Below are positions 8,587-18,300 of a stretch of DNA of 64,000 bases, in pieces. Within the stretch, counting starts at the first letter, position 1; each line of letters begins with the position of its first letter. A model generated the notes under the pieces. That model saw only the letters and a program-made list of their open reading frames with translations, ran no database searches and was not told where the DNA came from. The position numbers and the translations under genes are program-made. Source of the DNA: Minisyncoccia bacterium (GTDB taxonomy: Bacteria > Patescibacteriota > Minisyncoccia > Moranbacterales > GCA-2747515); contig JBGSQF010000018.1 of assembly GCA_041738235.1 (NCBI GenBank), positions 1,404 through 65,403 on the forward strand, read 5' to 3'.

Positions 8587-10473
8587 ATGGCAACGCGTTT
8601 AAAAACGATAGAATACTATTTGGATGAGATGGACAGCATCTCCGATAATACTGATACGAATTTTAACCAGATCACAATCGATATTCCCGAGAGTTCCCCG
8701 GATTTTCGATCGGTCACTCTGGAAATAATGTGGCACGATGCTTCAACAGTGACCAATAACACGTCAAGGCGGCAACTCTCAGTACAACTCGGTTCTGCGG
8801 GGTATACTTCGGTCAATAATACCAACACTATTACACAGTCGGGAGAGGATATTTGGCTTCAGTTTGCCGCAAATTTTACCGCATATTTTAATACTAACTG
8901 GTCGGGGACCAGCATGACCTTTGATGCAAGGGCTTTGATAGATTCAGCTGCCACAGCCCCTATTATTCGTGCAATTACATGTAAAGTGACTGTAACGTAT
9001 GCTTATGACGACACTTCGACAACGCACATAAAGACCGTGCGTATCCCACTTTTTGGGAGTTATGGTGCGCTTACGACATCTAAGCCGGGAACTCCAAACG
9101 CCACTATTCCACTTTTTGATACCTGGCTTCCTGAGGACAGTGTAAGTATTAAGCACATGGCTGTCGTGATCCAGGGAAATGAGGAATCTGCGGGTACTGT
9201 GGATATGAGTATGACGATGCAGATAGACGCACTAACGTCTCGAACAACCCCGCTCCACGAAAAAGGACGCGCAACATCGTCTTGGTATCGACATACATGG
9301 AACCAAAATAGTCTGGATACAAGTACATCGCATGAATTTTATCTTTGGGCTTCGGTGACCGACTTTGACCATCCGCAAGTGTGGATGATCGTTACCTATA
9401 CGTTCAATGCGACGAACACAACGACGGTGATGAATAGTTTGATCCTTCCAATGGAGTTTGATAGTCCGGCAGGGGGACCTACTTCGTCTGATTGGCAACG
9501 AGCTTGGAGGGATGTCTGGATCGAGGAGCCGGGAACTATCACCATTAAAGAGACAGCGATCTTTATCCATTATGAACAGCGTGCGGCTGTGTCAGGACTC
9601 AATGCGAGAATGGCAACTGATAGCTTTCATGCGATCACCAGTGTGGGTACTGTGGTTGCCGGAGGGTGTGGTTTTATGCTTCCGGGAGGTCAGGGGTTGT
9701 TCTCTCTGTCGCGTGGGAAAAATACCGGTTACGCAGATATTTACCGAACTGATACGACGGACTTGGTCTGGAATATTAGCAGTTGGTGGATGCTGAATTA
9801 TACCAGCGGTAAGGCAACAGATGGTGTAGGAGCGCATAACCATACGGTGATACGCAATTTATTCACGCACGATACCGTTAACGCTGATAATAACTGCACG
9901 ACCCCTGCTGTATCTCCCAGTATTCCGGAGACAAATTGGTTTATGAACTCTTGTGGATTGAATTATCAATATTTGACGAATACGACGGGAAATCCAACAG
10001 GAATATCGATCCAGGTGGAGCGTCTTACGGCTGAGGGAGGAATAAAGTGGGAGCAGATCTATAACGATAGCGCAGATAGCGATCCTGAAGTGGGAATACG
10101 GCAGTGTTGGGCGACGGCGAGAAAGGTTTTTTTTCGGTGGCCGGGTGATCCGGGAGAGGAGCGTATTGCGATACAAACAGATCGTCGGTATAAAGTGTAC
10201 ACTGCCTTTGGAGCTAACGCCTGGGATCATTTGGATCTCTATATGACGTATCATTCCATAACCTTTACCGCAAGTGGGACAGTAACGGGTTCTGCGGGAG
10301 GAACAGTAGAGATCGGTCTTTATAGAACAACGGGAGAGAAGGTACTTTCTACTTCACGTTCGGGTAACGGAGTCTATTCATTTACTTGGTATGACAATAC
10401 CGCGACGCTTTTTACCGAGGCCATAGAAGACTCAACACATTTGGGAAGGAGTAACGATGCATTGGCATCTTAG
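8587..10473 (+). CDS. large Asn/Thr/Tyr-rich protein, paralog B (MATRLKT family)
   Basis: 628 aa, a paralog of 5794..7734 with the same N- and C-terminal signatures. Confidence 0.7.
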   Translation: MATRLKTIEYYLDEMDSISDNTDTNFNQITIDIPESSPDFRSVTLEIMWHDASTVTNNTSRRQLSVQLGSAGYTSVNNTNTITQSGEDIWLQFAANFTAYFNTNWSGTSMTFDARALIDSAATAPIIRAITCKVTVTYAYDDTSTTHIKTVRIPLFGSYGALTTSKPGTPNATIPLFDTWLPEDSVSIKHMAVVIQGNEESAGTVDMSMTMQIDALTSRTTPLHEKGRATSSWYRHTWNQNSLDTSTSHEFYLWASVTDFDHPQVWMIVTYTFNATNTTTVMNSLILPMEFDSPAGGPTSSDWQRAWRDVWIEEPGTITIKETAIFIHYEQRAAVSGLNARMATDSFHAITSVGTVVAGGCGFMLPGGQGLFSLSRGKNTGYADIYRTDTTDLVWNISSWWMLNYTSGKATDGVGAHNHTVIRNLFTHDTVNADNNCTTPAVSPSIPETNWFMNSCGLNYQYLTNTTGNPTGISIQVERLTAEGGIKWEQIYNDSADSDPEVGIRQCWATARKVFFRWPGDPGEERIAIQTDRRYKVYTAFGANAWDHLDLYMTYHSITFTASGTVTGSAGGTVEIGLYRTTGEKVLSTSRSGNGVYSFTWYDNTATLFTEAIEDSTHLGRSNDALAS

Positions 10474-10484
10474 AAAAAAGACAT

Positions 10485-10649
10485 ATGGGAAACTTCGATA
10501 TAGAAATGCGAGATAATGGGACAGGTGATTTTGACCTTTCTCTTTCTTCGGGGGGTGGAGCGTCATCCGGGAACGGCAACTTCTTTTTATTTTTTGATGT
10601 TTTTCCGGTGCTTTCTTTGATGCTTTTTGGAGCGATCTTGTTTGTATAA
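10485..10649 (+). CDS. small conserved ORF (54 aa), not in ORF track; paralog of 7752..7913
   Basis: MGNFDIEMRDNGTGDFDLSLSSGGGASSGNGNFFLFFDVFPVLSLMLFGAILFV. Same motif and hydrophobic tail as cassette A. Confidence 0.4.
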   Translation: MGNFDIEMRDNGTGDFDLSLSSGGGASSGNGNFFLFFDVFPVLSLMLFGAILFV

Positions 10650-10776
10650 CGTGGGTATGACTGTTCAAAAGGGTTTTTGGTTTTGGTGGGAATCTTTGTG
10701 TGTATGGGGGTAGGATGTGGTTGGTAAATATGATCCTTTTCTTGTATACTAAGAAGAGTAATTATAAGAGACCAAT

Positions 10777-11619
10777 ATGTTCTTATTTCAAAAAAAATCA
10801 AATTCAAGTGAGGCTCCTAACGAGGGCATGACACCGGCTGAGGGTTCTTTGAGGAAGGGTCGGATCAAGGTGGGTCTAGTTGCCAGTGTAATTGTTTTGA
10901 TCATTGCTGGTTCTCTTGGGACAGCTGGGTATTTCTATCACGCGTACAAAAAGGCTCTCACGCAGGTTGTTCCTGCGGCTGATGAGATATCAACGCTAAC
11001 CGAGAAGATATCGCGTATTGCAGAGCTTCCTTCCAGTGAGACTCCTACGCTTGCAACGGTATCCGATATATCAAAACTCTCCGGACAGAATTTTTTTGAG
11101 CGGGCACAAAATGGTGATAAGATACTGATCTATACTGGGGCTGGACTGGCATATATATATCGTCCATCAACAGGCAAGATAATTAATATCTCACAGCTCA
11201 ACACGCAGGACGTTCCCCAGGGAGGGGGAGATCAGGTTGCCTCTACACCCGCTCCTGAGCAGGTGCTTGGCGAGGAGGCGACCCAGCCAGTTGAAGAAAA
11301 GGTAGCAGAGCCCGAGGTTCCTGCTAAGCCTGCTCGCATTGCCCTTTACAATGGCACAGGAAGAAAAGGACTTACCTCGATCTTTGAAAAAGAGTTTCTT
11401 TCTGAAAAAGAGGGTGCATTTGAAGTTGTTGCCAAAGAGAATGCATCCAGTGCGGAGTATCAGGAAACGGTCATTGTGGATCTTACGAATAATCAGTCCG
11501 TTCGTGCTCAGCAGTTGGCGGATAAACTCGGTATATCTATTGCCGACGGGGTGCCTAATGGAGAGGTGTCACCCCCAGATACGGACATTCTGGTGATCTT
11601 AGGCGCCGATATTAAATAG
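10777..11619 (+). CDS. membrane-anchored protein with C-terminal LytR_C-like domain
   Basis: 280 aa with a TM helix VGLVASVIVLIIAGSLGTAGYF. The PTLATV...QNFFERAQNGDKILIYT...YRPS block is shared with 7919..8275. The C-terminus ARIALYNGTGRKGLTS...VIVDL...AQQLADKLG fits the LytR_C pattern. Confidence 0.55.
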   Translation: MFLFQKKSNSSEAPNEGMTPAEGSLRKGRIKVGLVASVIVLIIAGSLGTAGYFYHAYKKALTQVVPAADEISTLTEKISRIAELPSSETPTLATVSDISKLSGQNFFERAQNGDKILIYTGAGLAYIYRPSTGKIINISQLNTQDVPQGGGDQVASTPAPEQVLGEEATQPVEEKVAEPEVPAKPARIALYNGTGRKGLTSIFEKEFLSEKEGAFEVVAKENASSAEYQETVIVDLTNNQSVRAQQLADKLGISIADGVPNGEVSPPDTDILVILGADIK

Positions 11620-11698
11620 GAGCGGCGAAAATGAGGTACTGAAGGAGGGAAAACACCCTCTTTCTTTTTGTTCTAGGCGAGGTTATACTAAGTGTACT

Positions 11699-13114
11699 AT
11701 GAGACAAAAACAAAAAAATACTTGGCGATATACGGCAGTGAGGCTACATTTTCTTTTCGCGCTTCTGATCCTGAGCGTGTATATTGCCGCCTCTTTTTTC
11801 TATAGCCCAGAATTTCTCATTTCAAGTCTAAAAGGCAAGGCCATTGCCTTTGCGGACGACATCGTAGTTACGGCCACCGTGTTAGGTGCTCCTGTGCAAC
11901 CCGTGGTCTCTGGGAACGCTCAGTGTATCGATGGATCGCTGTCTGTTTCGTTGGATTGGGCTGATGATGTGAACTCTACATCGTACGATGTAGAGCGTAA
12001 TGGACCTCCTTTGGTTTCAGGTATTCTCTCATCCGCGTATCAAGATACTTTTGTGGCGGTTGGAACGAGCTACACGTACGTGGTGATTGCCCATGGTCCT
12101 ATGGGATCGGGTATGGCTGTTTCTGATCCATTTGTAGTTACTACGCCATCGCAATGCGCTAACATTCTTCCTGCGCCCACAGTGGCTCTCACTGCTTTTG
12201 ACGGGAGAGGCATAAGTGGGACAATGAGAACAACGGAGCAGAGACCGCTTTTTGAAGGAACATCTAATATCCCAGGTGCCATCATTGCTTTGCAAATAAA
12301 TGGTGTGACCACGGTACAGGCGCAGGTAACAACAAATGTTAATGGTTATTGGAGCTGGCGTCCTTCGGTAAATATTTCTTATGGAGCGCACACGCTTTTT
12401 TTCACAGCTACAGATCCTAATGATACCAACAGACAAGTCTCGGCATCGTTTGATTTTTTGATCGCAAAAGAAAAGACCGAATCCTCTTCCAAGACGTCAA
12501 AGGAAAATAGTTCTCCGATCAGTGTTTCTCATTCAACTGTAGGAGTGTCTTCCCCGACGGTTAAAGTTCCATCAGTGGGAGTTCCTCTTGATTTCTCTCT
12601 TTCTCTGGGAAGGGGAAGTGTTTTGCAGGGCGACAGATTACCTGTAGAGGTTTTCACTAAACGATTGTCTGGGGAATACGAGAACACGAATGCGATCCTG
12701 CGTTTTTCGATCGTGGATGAGGATGGGGTTGAAAGAGTTGTGGAGTTTCAGGATATAGTCCTCACAAAAGAGGGGGTTTATGGATCCTCCCTGCTCATTC
12801 CTGGGTATATGAAGAAAGGACGGTATGCTGTTGTTGCACAGATCCGTTTCGGTTCATACGATGTTGCTCGAGAGCAGGAATTTTTGGTTTTGCCACGGCC
12901 TGTTTTGAATCTTGGGGGAGGTATGGTATTGACCTATCCAGATGTATTGGATCGTCTTGGAGATGTCGCTTTTCTTTTGTTTCTCCTATTACTTTTGTGG
13001 ATCTTTGCTTTTTCAAAGGAGTATCTTTTGTATCTTCGTTCTTGGCGGCATATTACTGAAAGACACTTACAAAAACTCGGGTTTTTTGGAAAGAGAAAGG
13101 GGGTGGGCGTATGA
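11699..13114 (+). CDS. membrane-anchored surface protein (Ig/FN3-like middle, hydrophobic C-terminus)
   Basis: 471 aa with an N-terminal TM helix. The middle beta-rich region has Cys pairs. The C-terminus LGDVAFLLFLLLLLWIFAF is hydrophobic. Confidence 0.45.
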   Translation: MRQKQKNTWRYTAVRLHFLFALLILSVYIAASFFYSPEFLISSLKGKAIAFADDIVVTATVLGAPVQPVVSGNAQCIDGSLSVSLDWADDVNSTSYDVERNGPPLVSGILSSAYQDTFVAVGTSYTYVVIAHGPMGSGMAVSDPFVVTTPSQCANILPAPTVALTAFDGRGISGTMRTTEQRPLFEGTSNIPGAIIALQINGVTTVQAQVTTNVNGYWSWRPSVNISYGAHTLFFTATDPNDTNRQVSASFDFLIAKEKTESSSKTSKENSSPISVSHSTVGVSSPTVKVPSVGVPLDFSLSLGRGSVLQGDRLPVEVFTKRLSGEYENTNAILRFSIVDEDGVERVVEFQDIVLTKEGVYGSSLLIPGYMKKGRYAVVAQIRFGSYDVAREQEFLVLPRPVLNLGGGMVLTYPDVLDRLGDVAFLLFLLLLLWIFAFSKEYLLYLRSWRHITERHLQKLGFFGKRKGVGV

Positions 13115-13422
13115 GTCCCATTGAGGTGATCGTGGTGGTGAAAGGGATAACGTTAGTGGCGCTTCTTTTTTCGATCGTGTTCACTGCTGGGGTAGTTTGG
13201 CGTGTGGAGCGTAAGCTCGACACATCGTACAAGGCATTTTTGGCGGGAATACTTTTTGAGATCGCCGCCAATGTTCTTGGGCTTTTTTCGTTTGACCAAC
13301 TTGGAGGAATCATGAATGTTGTGGCAAATGTGTTCCATATGCTTTTTGCTTTAAGTTTTTTGGCTGGAGTATTGTGGATGCGTAGTATCATTCGGGAAAT
13401 AGATGGAGAGAAAGAGAAGTGA
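13111..13422 (+). CDS. small membrane protein
   Basis: 103 aa with three predicted TM segments. Its start overlaps the previous stop by 4 nt (ATGA). Confidence 0.4.
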   Translation: MSPIEVIVVVKGITLVALLFSIVFTAGVVWRVERKLDTSYKAFLAGILFEIAANVLGLFSFDQLGGIMNVVANVFHMLFALSFLAGVLWMRSIIREIDGEKEK

Positions 13423-13528
13423 CCGATCTGTTTTGCCAATAGAGTAAAACCGCCGCTGTTTGACACGTCGGTTTTTCTTTGCTACGATTTCCTCTTAACC
13501 AAAATGATTTCCTTATCTGAGATGACCT

Positions 13529-14659
13529 ATGGCACTCCAACCGATCGACACGCTGAAGGATGTTCTTCAAAAGACAAAAAAGCCACTGATCATCTTACCG
13601 GAGCATCCAAACGGGGATGTTGTTTCTTCTGCATGGGCATTCTCCGCATATCTTGACGGTAAAGGGGTCATCTCTACGGTGGCAGTCTCTGATCCGTACA
13701 ATAAAAAGGCGCGTTTTAACTTTTTGCCTGCACCAGGAAATATACTCTCATCCCTTGCTGGATCGAAAAACTTTGTATTGGTCTTTGATACGACCAATAA
13801 TGCCATCTCTAATGTGCGTACAGAGCGAAGAGATAATGAGCTTCGTATCACGCTCACCCCGGAGAAGGGATCGATCGATCCTCGAGATTTTTCTTTTATA
13901 CCGGCACAGCTGAAATATGATCTTATCATTACTTTGGGCTGTACGGAAAAGGAGTCGATCGGGAAACTCTATGAAGAAAGCGCTGACATCTTTTATGAGA
14001 TTCCTGTAGTGAATATCGATTGTCAGAGTACTAATGATGGATTTGGTCAGATCAATATTGTGGATATTACTGCGTCGAGCGTTTCGGAGATCGTGGCGAC
14101 GACATTGGTGGCGATCGATGATACGGGAGTGACCAAAGATGTGGCACAGTGTCTTTTGGCGGGGATCATCAGTGCAACCGATAGCTTTCAACAAAAGAAC
14201 ACTACACCGAACTCTTTCTATCTCTCCGCACAGCTTATCGAGCGAGGGGCTAATCAACAGGATATCGTCAAACATTTGTACAAAACGCAACCTCTGGGAC
14301 TTATCAAGCTTTGGGGACGCATTATGGCGAAGTTGCAGTGGGATGAGTCGATAGGGCTTGTGTGGGCACAAGTAACGATCGAGGATTTTGTACAAAGTCG
14401 TATGCATCCCAACGACCTCCCCACGATCCTCGAGAAGATCAAATCGAACTATGCGTCAGGAAAGATATTTCTCCTTATGTATGAACAAAAGTCGGGATCA
14501 ACGGTGGGTATTGTAAAGCTTTCCAGCTCCAACGCACTGGCGAAAAAACTTGATTCTTTTGGATACGTTTCTCGTGGTGAGTACGGCGAGGTACGATTTG
14601 AGGGTGTGGGACGAGACGAAGCGGAAAAAAAGGTCCTTGAGGCGCTCCGATCCGAGTAA
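13529..14659 (+). CDS. DHH-family (NrnA-like) phosphoesterase fold protein, catalytic motifs not evident
   Basis: 376 aa. The N-terminus ILPEHPNGDVVSSAWAFSAYL resembles the NrnA motif I region, and the size and overall pattern fit. I do not see the DHH or GGGH motifs (LIITLGCTE sits where DHH is expected). Confidence 0.4.
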   Translation: MALQPIDTLKDVLQKTKKPLIILPEHPNGDVVSSAWAFSAYLDGKGVISTVAVSDPYNKKARFNFLPAPGNILSSLAGSKNFVLVFDTTNNAISNVRTERRDNELRITLTPEKGSIDPRDFSFIPAQLKYDLIITLGCTEKESIGKLYEESADIFYEIPVVNIDCQSTNDGFGQINIVDITASSVSEIVATTLVAIDDTGVTKDVAQCLLAGIISATDSFQQKNTTPNSFYLSAQLIERGANQQDIVKHLYKTQPLGLIKLWGRIMAKLQWDESIGLVWAQVTIEDFVQSRMHPNDLPTILEKIKSNYASGKIFLLMYEQKSGSTVGIVKLSSSNALAKKLDSFGYVSRGEYGEVRFEGVGRDEAEKKVLEALRSE

Positions 14660-14683
14660 AAGAATATGTTTGTATATAAAAAA

Positions 14684-14708
14684 ACCGGCCGAAAGGTCGT
14701 TTTTTGTT
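14684..14708 (+). terminator. intrinsic terminator
   Basis: CGGCC-gaaa-GGUCG hairpin with a GAAA tetraloop and one G-U pair, followed by TTTTT(G)TTT. An A-tract lies upstream, so it may act bidirectionally. Confidence 0.45.
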
Positions 14709-14765
14709 TGGGGTGACGAGTTGTGGGTAGGGGCGTCGCGATGGACGCCCCCCCCAACAAAAAAG

Positions 14766-15140
14766 CTATGAGTTTTCGATCTGACCTATGCGGTAGGTCA
14801 AATAGGGTATGATCACCCTCTGAAAAAGCAACTTCTTTCCCCCGTAACGGCGGACAAAATTCAATACTCTCCCGATGATTGAATGATATGCTGTTGGGGG
14901 GAGATTTGCCCGGACGATCTTTGTCCCATCTTTTGTAAATTGTATATGGACCAAGAGGTCCCCGGATTCGGCTGTTAAAATCCGTTCCGTTTCGAAAAAA
15001 GGACTTCTTGCCGAAGAGGAAAAGACAAACAATTCCTCCAGAACCGACCAACTTGGGGCGCCTGGACAGCTTATGACGCTTATAGTCCCACGTCCCCATT
15101 TCGGGTAAAAGGTTCTTTTGAGAGTGAGGTTGGTACACAT
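14766..15140 (-). CDS. hypothetical protein
   Basis: 124-aa ORF with protein-like composition. The overlapping 240-aa ORF in another frame is Pro/Ser/Arg-rich and runs into the upstream gene. No family recognised. Confidence 0.25.
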   Translation of the reverse strand: MCTNLTLKRTFYPKWGRGTISVISCPGAPSWSVLEELFVFSSSARSPFFETERILTAESGDLLVHIQFTKDGTKIVRANLPPTAYHSIIGRVLNFVRRYGGKKLLFQRVIIPYLTYRIGQIENS

Positions 15141-15383
15141 GCTCGTAGAGTTTCACCCCGTTTGTTGCCATATCGCTCGGCGAGCGATATAAAAGAGTAC
15201 AAAAAAAACGACATTTGTCAATGGACGAAGAGGAGGCAGTCTTGTTTTTTCTTTTATACCCACGTAGACGGGAATGGACATAAAAGCATTGTTAAGTGTC
15301 AAGTGTTAAGCGCCCCCCTTTTCTTTATTTGTCTATTTGTAAAAAGTTTGTAATTTGTGGCAGATGAAGTACAATAAAATCAT

Positions 15384-18300
15384 ATGACCACACAAACACT
15401 CAACAAAAATATAACCAAAAGTGAAAAGGATCGATCGGAGAAGACCACAAAAACACTTTCGGCCATGCGGACCAGATCTGAGGAGGAGCATGCGCTAGGA
15501 TTGGCACTTGCGATGCGTTTGCCGTATATGGACTTGCATCTTATGCCGGTTGATGCGGATGATGTGTTAAATATGCCATTAGAGGACTCCAAGCGTTTGC
15601 TTGCGGGGGTGTTTGTAAAACGTGGAAGAAGTGTCCGGATCGGAGCGGTTGTTCCCGATAGTCCAGAGTTGGGGGAGTATATAGAACAGTTGGAAGAAAA
15701 AAAGGGTTGGTCCGTTGAGCTCTATGTTATTTCTCAGACTTCATTAGATAAACTCTGGGAACTGTATAGTAAGCGAAACCTTCTCGATAACTTGGATACG
15801 ATGAAGATCGATCTGGATCGCGAGGACTTGGAGAAATTCGAGGAGAACTTCGGGGATATTATCAAGCTCCGGGATCGGATGGAAGAACTACCTACATCTG
15901 AACTTATCGCTCTTGTTTTTTCGGGCGCGATCAAAATGAAGGCAAGTGATATCCACTTTGAGGTGAACGAAAATGATGTTCGGATGCGATATCGTTTGGA
16001 CGGGGTATTGAATGATATTGGAAGTTTTCCTTTACGATCCTATAAGCTGGTTGTTTCGCGTATCAAAATGATGTCGAAACTCAAGCTGAACGTTCGATCT
16101 CGCGCTCAGGATGGACACTTCTCTTTGTCTGCGGATGAAAACAAAGGGTCTGGAAGGATCGATGTTCGTGTGAGCATTATCCCGAGTCGATATGGAGAGA
16201 GTATTGTGATGAGAATTTTGCGACAGGATTCTATTTTGCTTGGTGTTGAGGATCTCGGTCTTCGTGGTCGTGCGTACGAACGACTTCAAGAAGCGATCGG
16301 ACAGACCAATGGAATGGTCCTTACAACAGGTCCGACAGGTTCTGGAAAGACCACCACGCTGTATGCGATCATTAACAAACTTAACAAGTCGGACATCAAG
16401 ATCATCACCATAGAAAATCCGGTTGAATACGAGATAGCAGGCATTTCGCAGACGGAGGTAACTAAAGAGGGGTATGACTTTTCGCAAGGACTTCGTGCAA
16501 TCGTTCGTCAAGACCCAGATGTTATATTAGTGGGGGAGATCCGGGACGATGAGACGGCATCAGTTGCGGTCAATGCGGCACTTACCGGGCACCTGGTGCT
16601 TTCTACGGTGCACACCAATAACGCCGTTGACACTATTCCACGTTTGGTGGAACTGGGTGTAAAACCCTCTCTGATCGGTCCTTCTATTAATGTAGCTATT
16701 GCGCAACGGTTGGTCAGGCGACTGTGTACACATTGTCGAGAAACCTATGTTCCTGCGAAAGATACGATACAGATGCTGCAAAAGATATTGGCGGTCATTT
16801 CACCAAAGGCGGGGGTGGTGATCCCATCAAAGATCGAAACGTTGTATCGTGCCAAGGGATGTGCTAAGTGCAACAATATTGGGTACTCCGGACAGGTGGG
16901 TATATTTGAGGTGCTTGGCATGTCTGATGAGATACAAAAACTCATTGATGCGATGCGTCCGCACGGGGAGATCTTAAAAGTGGCGGTAGAAGAGGGAATG
17001 GTGGCGATGGAACAAGATGGGATCCTTAAAGCCATAGAGGGAGAGACATCCATTGAGGAGGTATGGCGCGTGGCAGGTGAGGGAGATTTCCTGAAGGAGC
17101 TGTATGAAGAGTTGATGCAGCAGACATTAGGCAGGGCACTCTTGCTTTCACATGAGATTCTTGACGATGTGGAACAAAATGCAAAAACAAAGGAACTTTT
17201 TGCTGAACATATCAAAAATGTTCCCGTAGAGAAGTTGCTTCCTTTCATATTTTCCGGTGCATTGCTTTTTGATGCGGGGGATATTCATATTGAACCTGCT
17301 AAAGATAGTTTTTCCGTTCGATTCCGTATTGATGGCATCCTCCAAACTATGGCCGAGCTTCCCCGAACACAATATCCGGGTCTGTTGGGAGAAGTAAAGG
17401 TTTTGAGCGGGCTGAAGTCACAGGCAGTGGCCGGCACAGCCGATAGTCGATTTTCGATCCAGAAAGAGGGACTAGAGGATCAACCCGGAGAAGGATCAGT
17501 GGATATCCGTGTTTCTATTTTGATGGGGGGGTATGGAGAGACAGTGGTGTTGCGACTACTGAATACTGCAGCAGTAGCTCTCGATCTTGAAAAATTGGGT
17601 ATCCGTGAGCAAAATCTTAAAAAGATCAAAAAACAGATGAGTCGGCCGAATGGATTTTTCTGTAATACGGGACCAACTGGTTCCGGAAAGACGACCACGT
17701 TGTATAGCATCTTGAAGATCCTTAATTCTCCAGATATAAAGATCATGACCGTTGAAGATCCGATCGAGTATCGGCTTGACGGCATCTTGCAAACACAGGT
17801 TAACGCTGAGGAAGGATACACATTTTCAAATGCTCTTCGTACGCTTCTTAGACAAAATCCAGATATTATTATGATCGGAGAGATCCGAGATGACGAGACG
17901 GCCCAGATCGCTGCTCAGGCGGCTCTTACAGGACACTTTGTACTTTCTACGCTTCATACAAATAACGCCATAGGGTCTATCCAGCGACTTCTGAATGTCG
18001 GAGTCAGTCCCGACAATCTTGCAGAACTGGCCAATGGATTTATGGCTCAACGACTTATTCGTGTGCTTTGTGAGTGTAAGAGAGAAAAAGAGGCAACGGA
18101 GGAAGAGAAAAAACGACTGACGGATGTTTTGAAAACCATTTCTAGTCAGTCAGGTGTTGTTGTTCCTCCGGTAGGGAAGATCTATGAACCGGGAGGTTGT
18201 GAAAAATGTCGGGGACTGGGGTACCGTGGGAGAAGTGTTATCAGTGAAGTGCTGACCGTTGATGGGAGCATTCAGGAACTTATTGCGCAAAGAGCGTTGA

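Noticed and set aside
14449-15171. 240-aa minus-strand ORF
   Set aside because: It runs 210 nt into the 3' end of the DHH-like gene and has Pro/Ser/Arg-rich off-frame-like composition. The shorter 14766..15140 ORF in another frame looks more protein-like, though it is itself low confidence.
16745-17248. 167-aa minus-strand ORF within pilB
   Set aside because: Antisense shadow. The sense frame has all the ATPase motifs.
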